A stretch of DNA of 64,000 bases, from contig CM030337.1 in the NCBI GenBank assembly GCA_017654855.1, forward strand, positions 2,356,001-2,420,000, in the 5' to 3' direction. Position 1 is the stretch's first letter. The number at the start of each line of letters is the position of its first letter. Below are positions 11,824 through 21,873 of this stretch, in pieces. Position numbers and translations under genes: made by a program. The notes under the pieces are model-generated. The model ran no database searches and had not been told where the DNA came from. It saw only the letters and a list, made by a program, of their open reading frames with translations. Source of the stretch: Podospora anserina (Eukaryota).

Positions 11824-12930
11824 CTAATCAGAATTACCCGCAGATGGCACTCTTTGTTTGAGCGCAGCTAGCCTCTCCCGGGCCAGACGTTCCTCCTCAT
11901 ATCTCATCTCCTGCAACTTCCCAAGCATCTCGTCTTTCTATACGGCGTCAGCGATGTCCCAGGCTAGACCAGGTAGGTGCAGAAATAACATACAACTTTG
12001 ACGAGATTGGTGGGGTCATCCCCCGCATTCTGTGCCACTCCAATGAACATATGGCTTGTGATCCGGATCTGGAGTTCGAGACAGCGGAGTCGTTCGGTAA
12101 TATCGCGATGCAAATCCTCCGTCATTTTGGTGAGCTGGTTCGCGGTGAGATTAGCGTTGTGTGGCTGCAAGAACACTGAGTCAGTTTCTGGTTGTGGAAG
12201 TGGTATCAAGAGTACGGTGGGACGAATCAAAACGACCTAGCGTGAACATGAAGATAAAGGCAGACCCAAAAGGAACATCAACCTACAGAGGATTTGTGAT
12301 CATGAATACTGAGAGTTTGAACCCTGGCAGTTGTCTCAGCAACCCGGACATCAACAACCTGTCCTCCCGTCAGCGAAAGTGTACAAGACAACAAACTGGT
12401 AAGTCACATCGCAAATTGCCACCCATGCCCAGGCAGTGCTTGACGCTGACCCCGGCCGCTACGCCTTTCCAAGAACGCAAACAAACCCGAAACGACACCG
12501 GTTAAGCAACCCTCCCTGGAACTTTCAGAGAAGTTCGGGAGGAAAGGTCTACCCACTGATGTCGATCAGACATCACGCAAGCTAAGCCTGCTAGGGCCGG
12601 CGTGGACACCCCACTACCGTATGTGAGGTTAGGCCAGTTGAGTCACCTCGGAACTTTGTTGCTGAGGTTGGTCCCAGCAACCGCATTCAAGTCCTGCAAG
12701 CCCATGCCGGTATTGCGCTGAAAAAGCCACGCAAGGCGATGTGTCTTCGGCAACCGAGACGCTCAAACGAGACGCCATCGCAAAAGTGGCGGAGATCAAA
12801 GAGATGAGGAGAATGGAGAGATGATATTCCATATGAGGCTGGTTGGGCAAAGAACTGGGCAAGGGGCAAAGGGGATGCCGGGGGGAAGACTTACCACCTG
12901 GTCAGTGGTGCTGGGTTGGATCTCAGTCAT
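11824..12930 (-). CDS. Small coiled-coil protein A (96 aa, three exons, 760-nt first intron)
   Basis: Exons 12930-12895 (MTEIQPSTTDQV), 12134-11994 and 11937-11824. Intron 12894-12135 (GTAAGT...GCTAAT...CAG) and intron 11993-11938 (GTATGT...GCTGAC...TAG) are both phase 0 and give an open frame. Confidence 0.7.
12350..12896 (-). ncRNA. Candidate structured intronic RNA element, copy A
   Basis: Colinear homology to 53751-54279, hairpins with compensatory changes, and a long-range complement of the 5' splice site at 12397-12405. Confidence 0.6.
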
Positions 12931-13477
12931 TGCTGTTGACGGGAGGATGAAGTGATCGAAAAGATTGGCATGAAAATTTATAGAGATGGTGGGAATCTGG
13001 GATATGAAAGACCCAAGGTCGATTACTGGTGGACACCTGGGTTAAGAGTGAGAGGGAAGAATGGAAATGCAAAGGGATCGGTTTGGGGAGAAATTCGAAG
13101 AGGTGGCCTGAATATATATACCTGTGGGTTGTGTGTCTGTGCGCGCCTGCAAATCTCTCGGGGCAAGTAGCCATCACTGTTGGCTGGCTGTGATCCTTAT
13201 TCACTTGTGGGGGGGCCTGGGCAAGTGAATGTGTTGCAAGCTCAGAGAAACCTGGAGCAACAGTAGATGTGGGACCGAGTCATAGACATCTCAGTTTTCA
13301 GAGACCTCCGTCATATTCCATAGTTAAAAATGGGAAGGAAGGAGCAACGGACGGCCCCCACCTCACTGCAGCAACGGCATTTTTCTGATACTCACAGCAG
13401 CAAACCATTTGTTGTGATAAAGTTGGAACGACTCCCGTCCCAGTTTGCGACCTTTTCAAACAATACCGCCTGTCAAG

Positions 13478-13850
13478 ATGACCTCAAACCGCGGAAAAGC
13501 TGGTGCTGGAGAGAGAGGTGCCCTTTCAATAGCCGCCAGAACATTTCGGAAGCGCCGTGAAAAACGCGCTGCTGCTGCCGCCGTCGCCGCCGCCGCTGCT
13601 ACTACTTTCGACATTCACCCAGACTCCTGCCGATGCCGCTCCGACCCCCGCCCTCCAGAAAGCCCAAGAAAGTTCCGGGAAGAGATACACCAAGAGACAG
13701 CGTCAGGCCCGTGCGACCGAACGTCAGTTGAAGTACTTGGTGAAGAAAAACCGCGAGATGAAGGGCATGATCAAGAAGTTGGAGGCGAGGTTAGACAAGT
13801 TGGAAAAGGCGGCCACAATGCGCTTTGCGCGGTATGAGACGAACACTTAG
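13478..13850 (+). pseudogene. Frameshifted small basic/coiled-coil (bZIP-like) ORF
   Basis: MTSNRGKAG...RKRREKRAAAAA in one frame; TPADAAP...RQARATERQLKYLVKKNREMKGMIKKLEARLDKLEK in the next frame. The shift is near 13605 with no intron signal. Confidence 0.4.
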
Positions 13851-14286
13851 CAGACTAATACAGCCATTGGCTACATACTTGACTAGCAAGAAGAAGAGCA
13901 CCGAGGCAAATATAGGTCTGTGAGTCACTTTGCCCATGTTCCTTCGTTTTACGAACAGAGACCTAATGCATATGGCACAAATCACAGAAGGCGGGCAACT
14001 GGTTGAAATTCCAGACCAAAATCCCGTTGTGAGAAATAGATTGAAAACGATCTGGTGTTACTGAGGTGTAGGAAGGAAGAGGAAGGCATGGATGTTTATT
14101 TTGAACTTTTCGGTCCGATATCTTTGTAAAGTAGACATAGCTTCATCTGAAGTGTCTACAGCTTTTCAGATTTCAGTTTGACTACCCAGGTATCTACAAA
14201 GCCAAAACCCCCACCCAAGTACCGTCACTCAAGCGCCTACAAAATGATGGCCCTTATCCAAACTACCGGGCTTAAACCTAGCTTGC

Positions 14287-14338
14287 CGTCTCATCTCATT
14301 GGATCTGCCAAGACGATCTCATCTCATTGGCAATATTA
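14287..14338. repeat. Isolated hAT-like terminal fragment related to the 8618 end
   Basis: Two copies of tctcatctcattgg. Reverse complement begins taatattgccaatgagatgagat, a RIP-like version of CAGTGTTGCCAATGAGATGAGAT. Confidence 0.4.
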
Positions 14339-15249
14339 GCTACTATCAAGGCCGAGCCACACAGTCCGGACTGGGCACTCGTCCAATCCATGTACTTCAA
14401 GTAGGTATAATTGCCAAGGCCAAAGCTGTCGTTCTGACCGGCCCACGGGATGTGCCGACAACAAGAAATGATCTTGTTGTTGTAGAAAACTACATGGTAG
14501 ACAAACGGAACAAGAAGCGATAGGTCGAGGATAAAAGAAGAGTAGTGAAGCAAGAAAAACAGCGGCCTAACATCATCTAAGCAGTAGCCACACATTCCAA
14601 AAGCAGTGGCTAGATACGATTAAAACGGAGTTGCCATTGCCTCCAACACTGGGGCAATTCCTGCGTCTTGATATCGGATTGTACCAACACAACCATCATG
14701 GGTGCATACCGGGCTCAACGGCAGCTTGACAGCCCAAAGCTCTTCGTCCCCCGCGGCAACACTGCTTCAGACACAGCGCCATATACTGCGAACTGCACCT
14801 TGAAGAATGACCACTAGGCTTTCAAATACAGTCAAAAGGCCTTTAAAAATAATTAAAAGACCTTTAAAGATGTTTACAAGGCCTATTAATTTAGTCTCGA
14901 TGTATGGTTTACATCATCATATGGGCCAACCTACTTGTGTGTATCAACTATTTTTTGGTGAGGGTGCATGGTCACCAACACTCACCCCTGTCCGTCACCT
15001 ACGGGACCTCCATTCCTAACTAGCCTGGTTTTTCCAGATTCTGATTCCAAGATCGTTGTTTAAAGACTCTCGCCCGGCCCGGCCGTCTGAACGTCCTCCC
15101 CACGAACCGACGTCCCGCGCCTGATGATTTGCCCCACTTGATTGGGCAGTCTTGGCCCGGCAGAGTGAGTGTGAACGGTACAGTCAACTGGCATTTATCC
15201 AACTAGCACTGCAATGACTTTACAAACCAACGCATACCTTCATGGCTCC

Positions 15250-16968
15250 CTACTTCGGCTGACGGAACGGATGCGCCTCCGTATTAAAGACAAACTCATC
15301 AAGGCTGATGACGTCCGGAGGCGAAAACATCAAGTAAAAGTACTTGAGCGTCTCCGCCAAAAAAAAGCTCTCCATCGAGTCCAGCCTTCGTGTCTCGCCC
15401 TTCACAGTCACATCAGCAATAGCCGAGTACGCCAGCTTCGTCTCGGTGGACTTTATCACGCTCTCAAACATACGCCACGCCACCTCCCTCAGCTCCTCCT
15501 TGCCCGTCATGCGGTATAGCAAGAACACACTCTCGATGGCTTCCGGCCTCAGAATGTACCTCGGGTCGCGCGCGTTGGAGAAGCCCTTCTTCAAGCCCCG
15601 GGCACCCTCCTTCTCCCACTTCTCCTCGTCCCACACACACGGCTCCTTCACTGAGCCGCAGCGCACAAGGCCAAAGATCTCGGGCATCAAACCTGTCGGG
15701 AAAGCGTCGTACGCCCATCCACAACCACGCGCGATGCGCTCACCGATGTCGACGTGCTCTGGGAGGTTGAAGACCTTGCCCCCAAGCCCAAACATGCCAC
15801 CCACAAAACAGGACAAATGCTGGCTTTCGGGGACGTGATCAATCTTATCAGATCGCACAAACGCATCGCCCACAAAGAGGATATCGTGGGGATTGTCCTC
15901 GGCCGGTATCATGGGTCGGAAAACCAGGTGTTCCACCACAACCTCCATGGCGGCGCGGTGCATCTTTTCGTAGCGCGGTTCCTGGCCGCCAAGCAAAATG
16001 GCCATCTTGGGCAAGTACTCGTACAACGAGTCTGCAAGGGCGCCGAGCGTGAAGCCTGACTCGTGGTTTAGCGTCCCCTCGCGAAAGCTGATCAGCTTGG
16101 GCCACATGCCGGGCAGTTTGGACAAGGACTGGGTGCGCTCGAGGAGGTCGGTGACTCGGCTGACGGCATCGTAGAACTTGGGATCTCCGGTGAGCTGCGA
16201 CAGTCGCGTAAATTCGAGACTCAAGGAGGCCGGACAAGCAGAGGGATCGTTCGTTCCGGCAATTTGGGTGCCCCGCTTGGCGTCCTTGAAGTTGAGCCAG
16301 AAACCTGGCATACGGTTGGGTGTGTCAAAAGCCATGTAGAGCATGTTTCCCAGCTCTGTAGCCTTCTCCAAGAGGGCCCTTTCTCCGCTCAGGTCGTAGG
16401 CGCTGAGCAAGCCGCCGAGGTGTCGGATCGTGGTCTCGAACAGATTGGCGCTGGTGACGGTCGTGTCTGCCCAGTCCAGCTGGGCTGCTGCTGTTGCAGC
16501 GGACAGGAACTCATCGTGAAGGCCCATTATCCAGAGTGTATCCAGCGCGTCCACCAGTGTCGCAGCCCACCCGCCAAATGTCGTCTTGCCTTCTCCGCTA
16601 ACCGGCGCCAGTTCGTCACGAAGCCATGCGTGCTTCCTGTAGCTCTTCCAACTCTTCTCGAAGGCATTGCGCACTGCTTCCTGTCGCTTTACGGTCGTCG
16701 CATCGTGTGTATAATCGCGGAAATGGTGCTGGACAGGTGGGAACTGCTTCGGTGAGCTCGTTGGAAGAGAATGGATCAGCTTCGCAGGATATCGTTGGCG
16801 GACCGTGGTCCAGTCGAAGCTACTGGGTTTGAAGCGGATTTTGGCATCAGGCCTCGATGGCTGCGGTGGGGGGCGGATGGGGGAGTCAAATGGGCGGAAG
16901 AGGGCGACGACGAGGAGGAAGAAGACGACGGCGAAGAAGGTTCGCACGATGCGCCGGCCCTGGATCAT
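15250..16968 (-). CDS. Glycoside hydrolase family 47 alpha-1,2-mannosidase, type II membrane anchor, intronless
   Basis: N-terminal TM segment. Motifs YRKHAWLRDELAP, FGGWAATLVDALDTL, FETTIRHLGGLLSAY, GALADSLYEYLPK, YILRPEAIES, DSMESFFLAETLKYFYL and FNTEAHPF. Confidence 0.95.
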   Translation of the reverse strand: MIQGRRIVRTFFAVVFFLLVVALFRPFDSPIRPPPQPSRPDAKIRFKPSSFDWTTVRQRYPAKLIHSLPTSSPKQFPPVQHHFRDYTHDATTVKRQEAVRNAFEKSWKSYRKHAWLRDELAPVSGEGKTTFGGWAATLVDALDTLWIMGLHDEFLSAATAAAQLDWADTTVTSANLFETTIRHLGGLLSAYDLSGERALLEKATELGNMLYMAFDTPNRMPGFWLNFKDAKRGTQIAGTNDPSACPASLSLEFTRLSQLTGDPKFYDAVSRVTDLLERTQSLSKLPGMWPKLISFREGTLNHESGFTLGALADSLYEYLPKMAILLGGQEPRYEKMHRAAMEVVVEHLVFRPMIPAEDNPHDILFVGDAFVRSDKIDHVPESQHLSCFVGGMFGLGGKVFNLPEHVDIGERIARGCGWAYDAFPTGLMPEIFGLVRCGSVKEPCVWDEEKWEKEGARGLKKGFSNARDPRYILRPEAIESVFLLYRMTGKEELREVAWRMFESVIKSTETKLAYSAIADVTVKGETRRLDSMESFFLAETLKYFYLMFSPPDVISLDEFVFNTEAHPFRQPK

Positions 16969-17965
16969 TGTGTCGGGCGGTCCAGAGGTTTGTGGACGGG
17001 ATGGAATGGAAGTCAAGCCACAGTGCATAATTACCCCACGAAAGACGGGAGGTCAACTGTGGGTCCCCCCCAACTTCCCCAGCCGCCCAGCCACAGCAAC
17101 TGGCAGAGCTGACATGTGCCCGGAAGCTCGGAAGTACGGGGGATCTTCTGGGGATTGCGTCGGCGCTAAGGCGCATGAACCAGCCGACTCCGATCTCGGC
17201 ATCGAGGAGTGGACTCGGCCGTCGCTCTGCCGTGCGTCGGTGCAACGCATTGATAGGGAAGCCGGGTGGGCAGGTTGTGTCACTCATCCAACAGCTGCTG
17301 CTGAGAGCTTGACGGGGTAGCTCTGCCCGATGGATGTTTGGATTTACCATCTCTTTATCTCCCAGAGCCATTTCACCTGTGACTGTTGCAGCCCATGACC
17401 AGGAAGCGTTGTTAAAAAGCCGGCGAGCTGAACTTTGTGTGTATGTGATATCCCGCCTCTCTTCCACCCACGTTCTGGAGCCATTCGCTTTCGACGCGTT
17501 TGCTTTTGATACCGAATCACCAAGCCCCGACTGTGAAGGGGTTCGTTGTCTCTCTTCAATTTGATCACGTCTTTTTCTTCCTCCTCATTACTCATCTTCT
17601 CCCTCTTCCCTGCTCAACCGGACAAATAAATTCCACTCTGGATCCCGACAATTTTTTGGCACCTTTTTGGAAGCTTGGCAGACCCCGTCTCCGCAGCAAA
17701 AACCAGCATTATTTTTTTGTTTTCTTTCGCGGATAAAGGCGGGCTCTGTTTGTCACTCTCACAGCAGCCCCTCAGTCACTCTCTTCTTCGGTGTGTATGT
17801 GTTTCCAGACATCAATTGGCGTGCCACTCCTACAAGACCAGCTCACTCAAGTAGAATTGTGAGATGAAGGAGAGTGGAATAAACGGCGGCTTGGAAACTC
17901 TCAAACCGCCTCATCAGATTCTTGCAGTCGCAACTTCACCCCTCACCACCACAACCACCGCAATC

Positions 17966-18883
17966 ATGGACGCCAAAACTACCACCACCATCACCAGTGC
18001 CGTCCCCCCAAGCGAGCAGACCACAAAATGGAACACCAAAAACCTCCCCTTCCGCCTCGGCGCCGACCTCATCTCCGCCGCCTCAGCAGCCGTCCTCGTA
18101 GCACCCATCATCTCAGTCATTGACCGGTATTTCTCCCCCCTTTTTCCCCCCGTTATCTCACCCTCGAGATCACTAACATCCTCCAGATCAATAATGGAAA
18201 ACGCCTCAGGCCGCTCCCCCCTCCTAACCTCCCTCCGCACCTCCCTCACCACCTTCCTCACCTCCCCCAAAACAATGTTCCTCTCCAAACCCTTCGGCCT
18301 CATCTTCGCCCTCTACGGCGGCACCTACCTCACAGCCAACACCCTAGACACCTACCTCTCAACAACGCAATCCCTGCCCCCCACATACGTCTCCTCCGGC
18401 CCAGAAAAGTTCATCGCCTCCTCCACAGCAAACATAGGAATCTGCATCTACAAAGACCAAGTTTTTGTCCGCCTGTTTGGTCCCCCAGGCATCACCCGCC
18501 CTGTCACCCTCCCGTCGTACGCGCTGTTTGCGATGAGGGATTGCATGACGATTTTCGCGTCGTTTAATGTGCCGGGGCTGCTGGGGCCGAGGATACAGGA
18601 GAGGCTGAGCGAGGGGTGGAGGAGGTCGGGGCCGACGGGGGCGACGATGGCGCAGTTTGCCGCTCCGGCGGCGGTACAGGTTTTTAGCACGCCGGTGCAC
18701 CTTTGGGGGTTGGACATTTACAACAGGCCGGGGGTGGGGGTGGGGGAGAGGGTGAGGTTGGTGGTGAGGAATTGGGGGGTGAGCACGGCGGCGAGGGTGT
18801 GCAGGATCGTGCCGGCTTTTGGGGTGGGGGGGGTGGTGAATTTCAAGGTGAGGGGGGGGTTGATGGGGGGGTTGGGGGAGTGA
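17966..18883 (+). CDS. Conserved fungal membrane protein (mitochondrial-carrier/sideroflexin-like)
   Basis: ATG 17966, in-frame 60-nt intron 18127-18186. Motifs LVAPIISVIDRSIMENASG, YGGTYLTANT, FAMRDCMTIFASF, QVFSTPVHLWGLDIYNR and RIVPAFGVGGVVN. Confidence 0.75.
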   Translation: MDAKTTTTITSAVPPSEQTTKWNTKNLPFRLGADLISAASAAVLVAPIISVIDRYFSPLFPPVISPSRSLTSSRSIMENASGRSPLLTSLRTSLTTFLTSPKTMFLSKPFGLIFALYGGTYLTANTLDTYLSTTQSLPPTYVSSGPEKFIASSTANIGICIYKDQVFVRLFGPPGITRPVTLPSYALFAMRDCMTIFASFNVPGLLGPRIQERLSEGWRRSGPTGATMAQFAAPAAVQVFSTPVHLWGLDIYNRPGVGVGERVRLVVRNWGVSTAARVCRIVPAFGVGGVVNFKVRGGLMGGLGE

Positions 18884-21686
18884 AGAGGGTTCGGAAAGGT
18901 GTGGGCAGAGCCCGAGGTTGGGGCTCGAGGATTTGGCGTGTCGGGGAGAAAGAGAAGAAGAGGTGGCGGCGGTTGTTGTTGTTTTTGTCTCAAACTAATG
19001 TGGCATGATCATCTGGCGTTTGACAAAGTTTGGTTTTTTCTTTTCTTTTTTTTCTTTTTTACTTTGTAGAAAGGTTTGGGATATTTTTTCTTTTTCGGTA
19101 CAGGCATTTTTGGGGCGTTGATACCACACCGCGCGGGTTGGAAACAGTCAAGTTCCTGTTTCGAATGTCGATTTTGAGAATTGCCTTCTTCGTGAGTGGA
19201 CTAGCGCCGCACCGGGTTTGGCCTATGTACGGGGTGTACTACCCTGTGCTGGGGGTGTGTTAATTGTAGCGATGCTAGGCCCCATTCTGCCACCCAGGTT
19301 AGACTTGCCTAAAGTTAAAATTGGAATTACAATTCCTTAGTTGAATGATTTCGTGGCCCATAAGTATCACGCCTGAGTTATTTTTCCCGTTGTCTTACTT
19401 CTGTTGTAAGTGTGACAAGGGCTATAATATCAGGGCTTGGAACTCATGGTTCAATTCAGGCTAATAATCTTCAATGGCCTCGAAGTCTGTGATACTGAAA
19501 AGAAGAAGAAATACAGTCTTGGTGATCCTGAACGCGTATCTTATCCTCCCTCGCGTGGCCCGTGCCTTTGTTGGCCTCAGGCCTCCGCCAAGTCCTCCAA
19601 TATCCTACTGGGCCATTGAACTTCCTTTGATAACCGCCATGCCTCTGATTGTCTGCCTCACTTTGAACGAGAGGCTCACAACTTGCAGTTACCCCTCCTT
19701 GCGGTGGTATCGACGGTGTTGTTGGTTGTGGTTGCAGGTGGTTGGCTTTTGCCGTGTGACAGTAAGACGTAAGTTTTTGCATGTTTGATGTTAGCATCCC
19801 TAATGCAATTTTCTTGATTTCTTGAAAGCTGGAATAGCGAAAACACTCCCTGTATTATATTCTTAGCGTTAAGAACCCTCTAGATGCTGTAGAAAAAAAG
19901 GGGTTCCCTTGTTTACTACGGCAGTAAGGTGGATTGGCGCGCCTAACCCAGCATCAGGAGAGTCTTGCCTTAATGCCGAAGGGACAAGGACTGGTACGGC
20001 GGCGGTAAATTAGGCCTCAAGTAGCCAAGTTAATAAACCGTCTAGTTGAGAAAGGGGTGACCTAAAGAAAGAGAATGCCGAGCGACTGTGGTTGCCAGAC
20101 TTCCGAGCCCTGATGCCAGAGCTAAGAGTATGAACTTAAACACACATTCGATCCAGGGTCGCTCTACCTGCCTGGGAAGAATTTTCCCTTGGCTTTGTTA
20201 GGATGACCTGCCTACCAGGAGACTCCGCCCTTTCATGGGGGCGTTACAATTGGCATGGAGGTGACGAGGTTGCCGTGCTGACCACTTCTTGGAAGCCGCA
20301 GGATCTCGTAAAGAATCCAACCAATGTCGTCTCACAGATAGATAGGGAATACGATGGGTGTTGCAGCGCGAGCTTACACGCTACCTCCAGGGATAGATTC
20401 AGGAGTATTGACCTGGGACCGGAGACGTCCGAGTTAGTGTGACGGCGGCGGGAAAAGAGGCAACGGAGAGGGCAATAGCCGTCCAAATACGAGAGAGAGG
20501 CCTCGCGCTTTAGCAGTCCGCCCGCAGACATTAGGAGTAAGTTGAAGAGTGAACCGGGTGACGAGATAAGATAATAGCGCAAGCCAAACCTCGTCAAGGA
20601 ACGCAGCGCTATACTTCGTACAGGCAGTATCCTAGCAGTACTGCGACAGAGATGGGATTAGATCGTATGACTTCGATCCTGTTAGGCAGCATGGCCCCGT
20701 CAGGTGGGCGAGGCCACAAGGAAAGAGCAACCTCGAGGGATCACAAGGCAGATTTTATGCCATAGCTTTAGTAGATGCATGACGGAGAGGAGTAAGGAGG
20801 AGGCAAGAGCTACGAAGTGTTCCAAACTCCGCTAAACTCCGTATTCTCGGGACTAGACGGTGTCGAGGGCAAGAAAACGTGCGGAGCAGCCGATCCAACA
20901 GTCCTGGGAATGGTGAACCGCTATATGCATGTAGACAATAAGCTATGGCTGGACAGGCGATTGCCGCAGCCGTCTTCACCGGCTCCCAACCATGCGCCGG
21001 GCTGTCAACCGCCTGCCAATCTCAAAACCACCGATCAGCATGAAGCGGACTGGTAAAATGAAGTGAACTTTGAAGAAGTGGCGAATGCGGGCTCAGCCGC
21101 CTTGGAAGGACCTAACCAGAATGTCACCAACCCACCGTTGTTTTGGTTGATGTCAGATAGTATGTATTAATATATCGATATCACTTTCCTTGACCCTGAT
21201 GACAAGTTTCTGTTATTCCGGTTGATCTAGGGATGTATGGGCTCAAGCAAAGATATCAAGAGGACGTCTGTCACGTACGAGTTATGTTATGTTTTTGCTT
21301 CGGCGTATAACATTCTCCTTACTTTTGAATAATTCGACTCCGGAATAAAGCACGGAATGGTTTTCAGTATCGATCCACATTGTAGACATGTGTTGACTTA
21401 TAATGACCTACTTTATTTTTGCACCCCTTTTTCTTTACACCTGCCACCCCCCGACCCTCTTAGACTTGAACCCTCTTTTCCATATTCCTGCACCCCCTTC
21501 ATAGAACCCTGGGTCACCACCACAAAACGCGCAATCTTCAATACATCTTTTCCACCACTGCATAAGAAAGACCAATTTTTACAGCCAAATAAATACACTA
21601 TTAAGTCTACGTAAGTCAAGTGTTTATTCTGACCCTTGTATCATGTATAACCTTTCTTTGCAGTGCCCTCAAATTCCTACGCCTTT

Positions 21687-21873
21687 TGTTGGGCTGGTGA
21701 CCTAGGAAAGTCACTGGCTGCGAAAATGAGGCCAAAATTGGCCAGAAAAAAATAGTAAACAAATTGGTATTACAGTAGTTGGTTGTTGGTTAAAAAGTAA
21801 ACAGTAAGAAAATCCAGCCCCAAGAGCAAACCGGTGTGGGTCTGGGAAAACCTGGGCCCTTTGGTGCCCCACA
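21687..21873 (-). repeat. 3' LTR (187 bp)
   Basis: Direct repeat of 27430-27616 with three differences seen. Confidence 0.95.

Noticed and set aside
12135-12894. TPP riboswitch as the identity of the conserved intron
   Set aside because: A GCUGAGA occurs in A (about 12334-12340) but is not conserved on the same strand in B, and the rest of the TPP consensus was not seen. An Rfam scan is still needed.
19950-21100. Coding-like stretch before the copia element
   Set aside because: Stops in all frames examined and no family could be assigned by eye.
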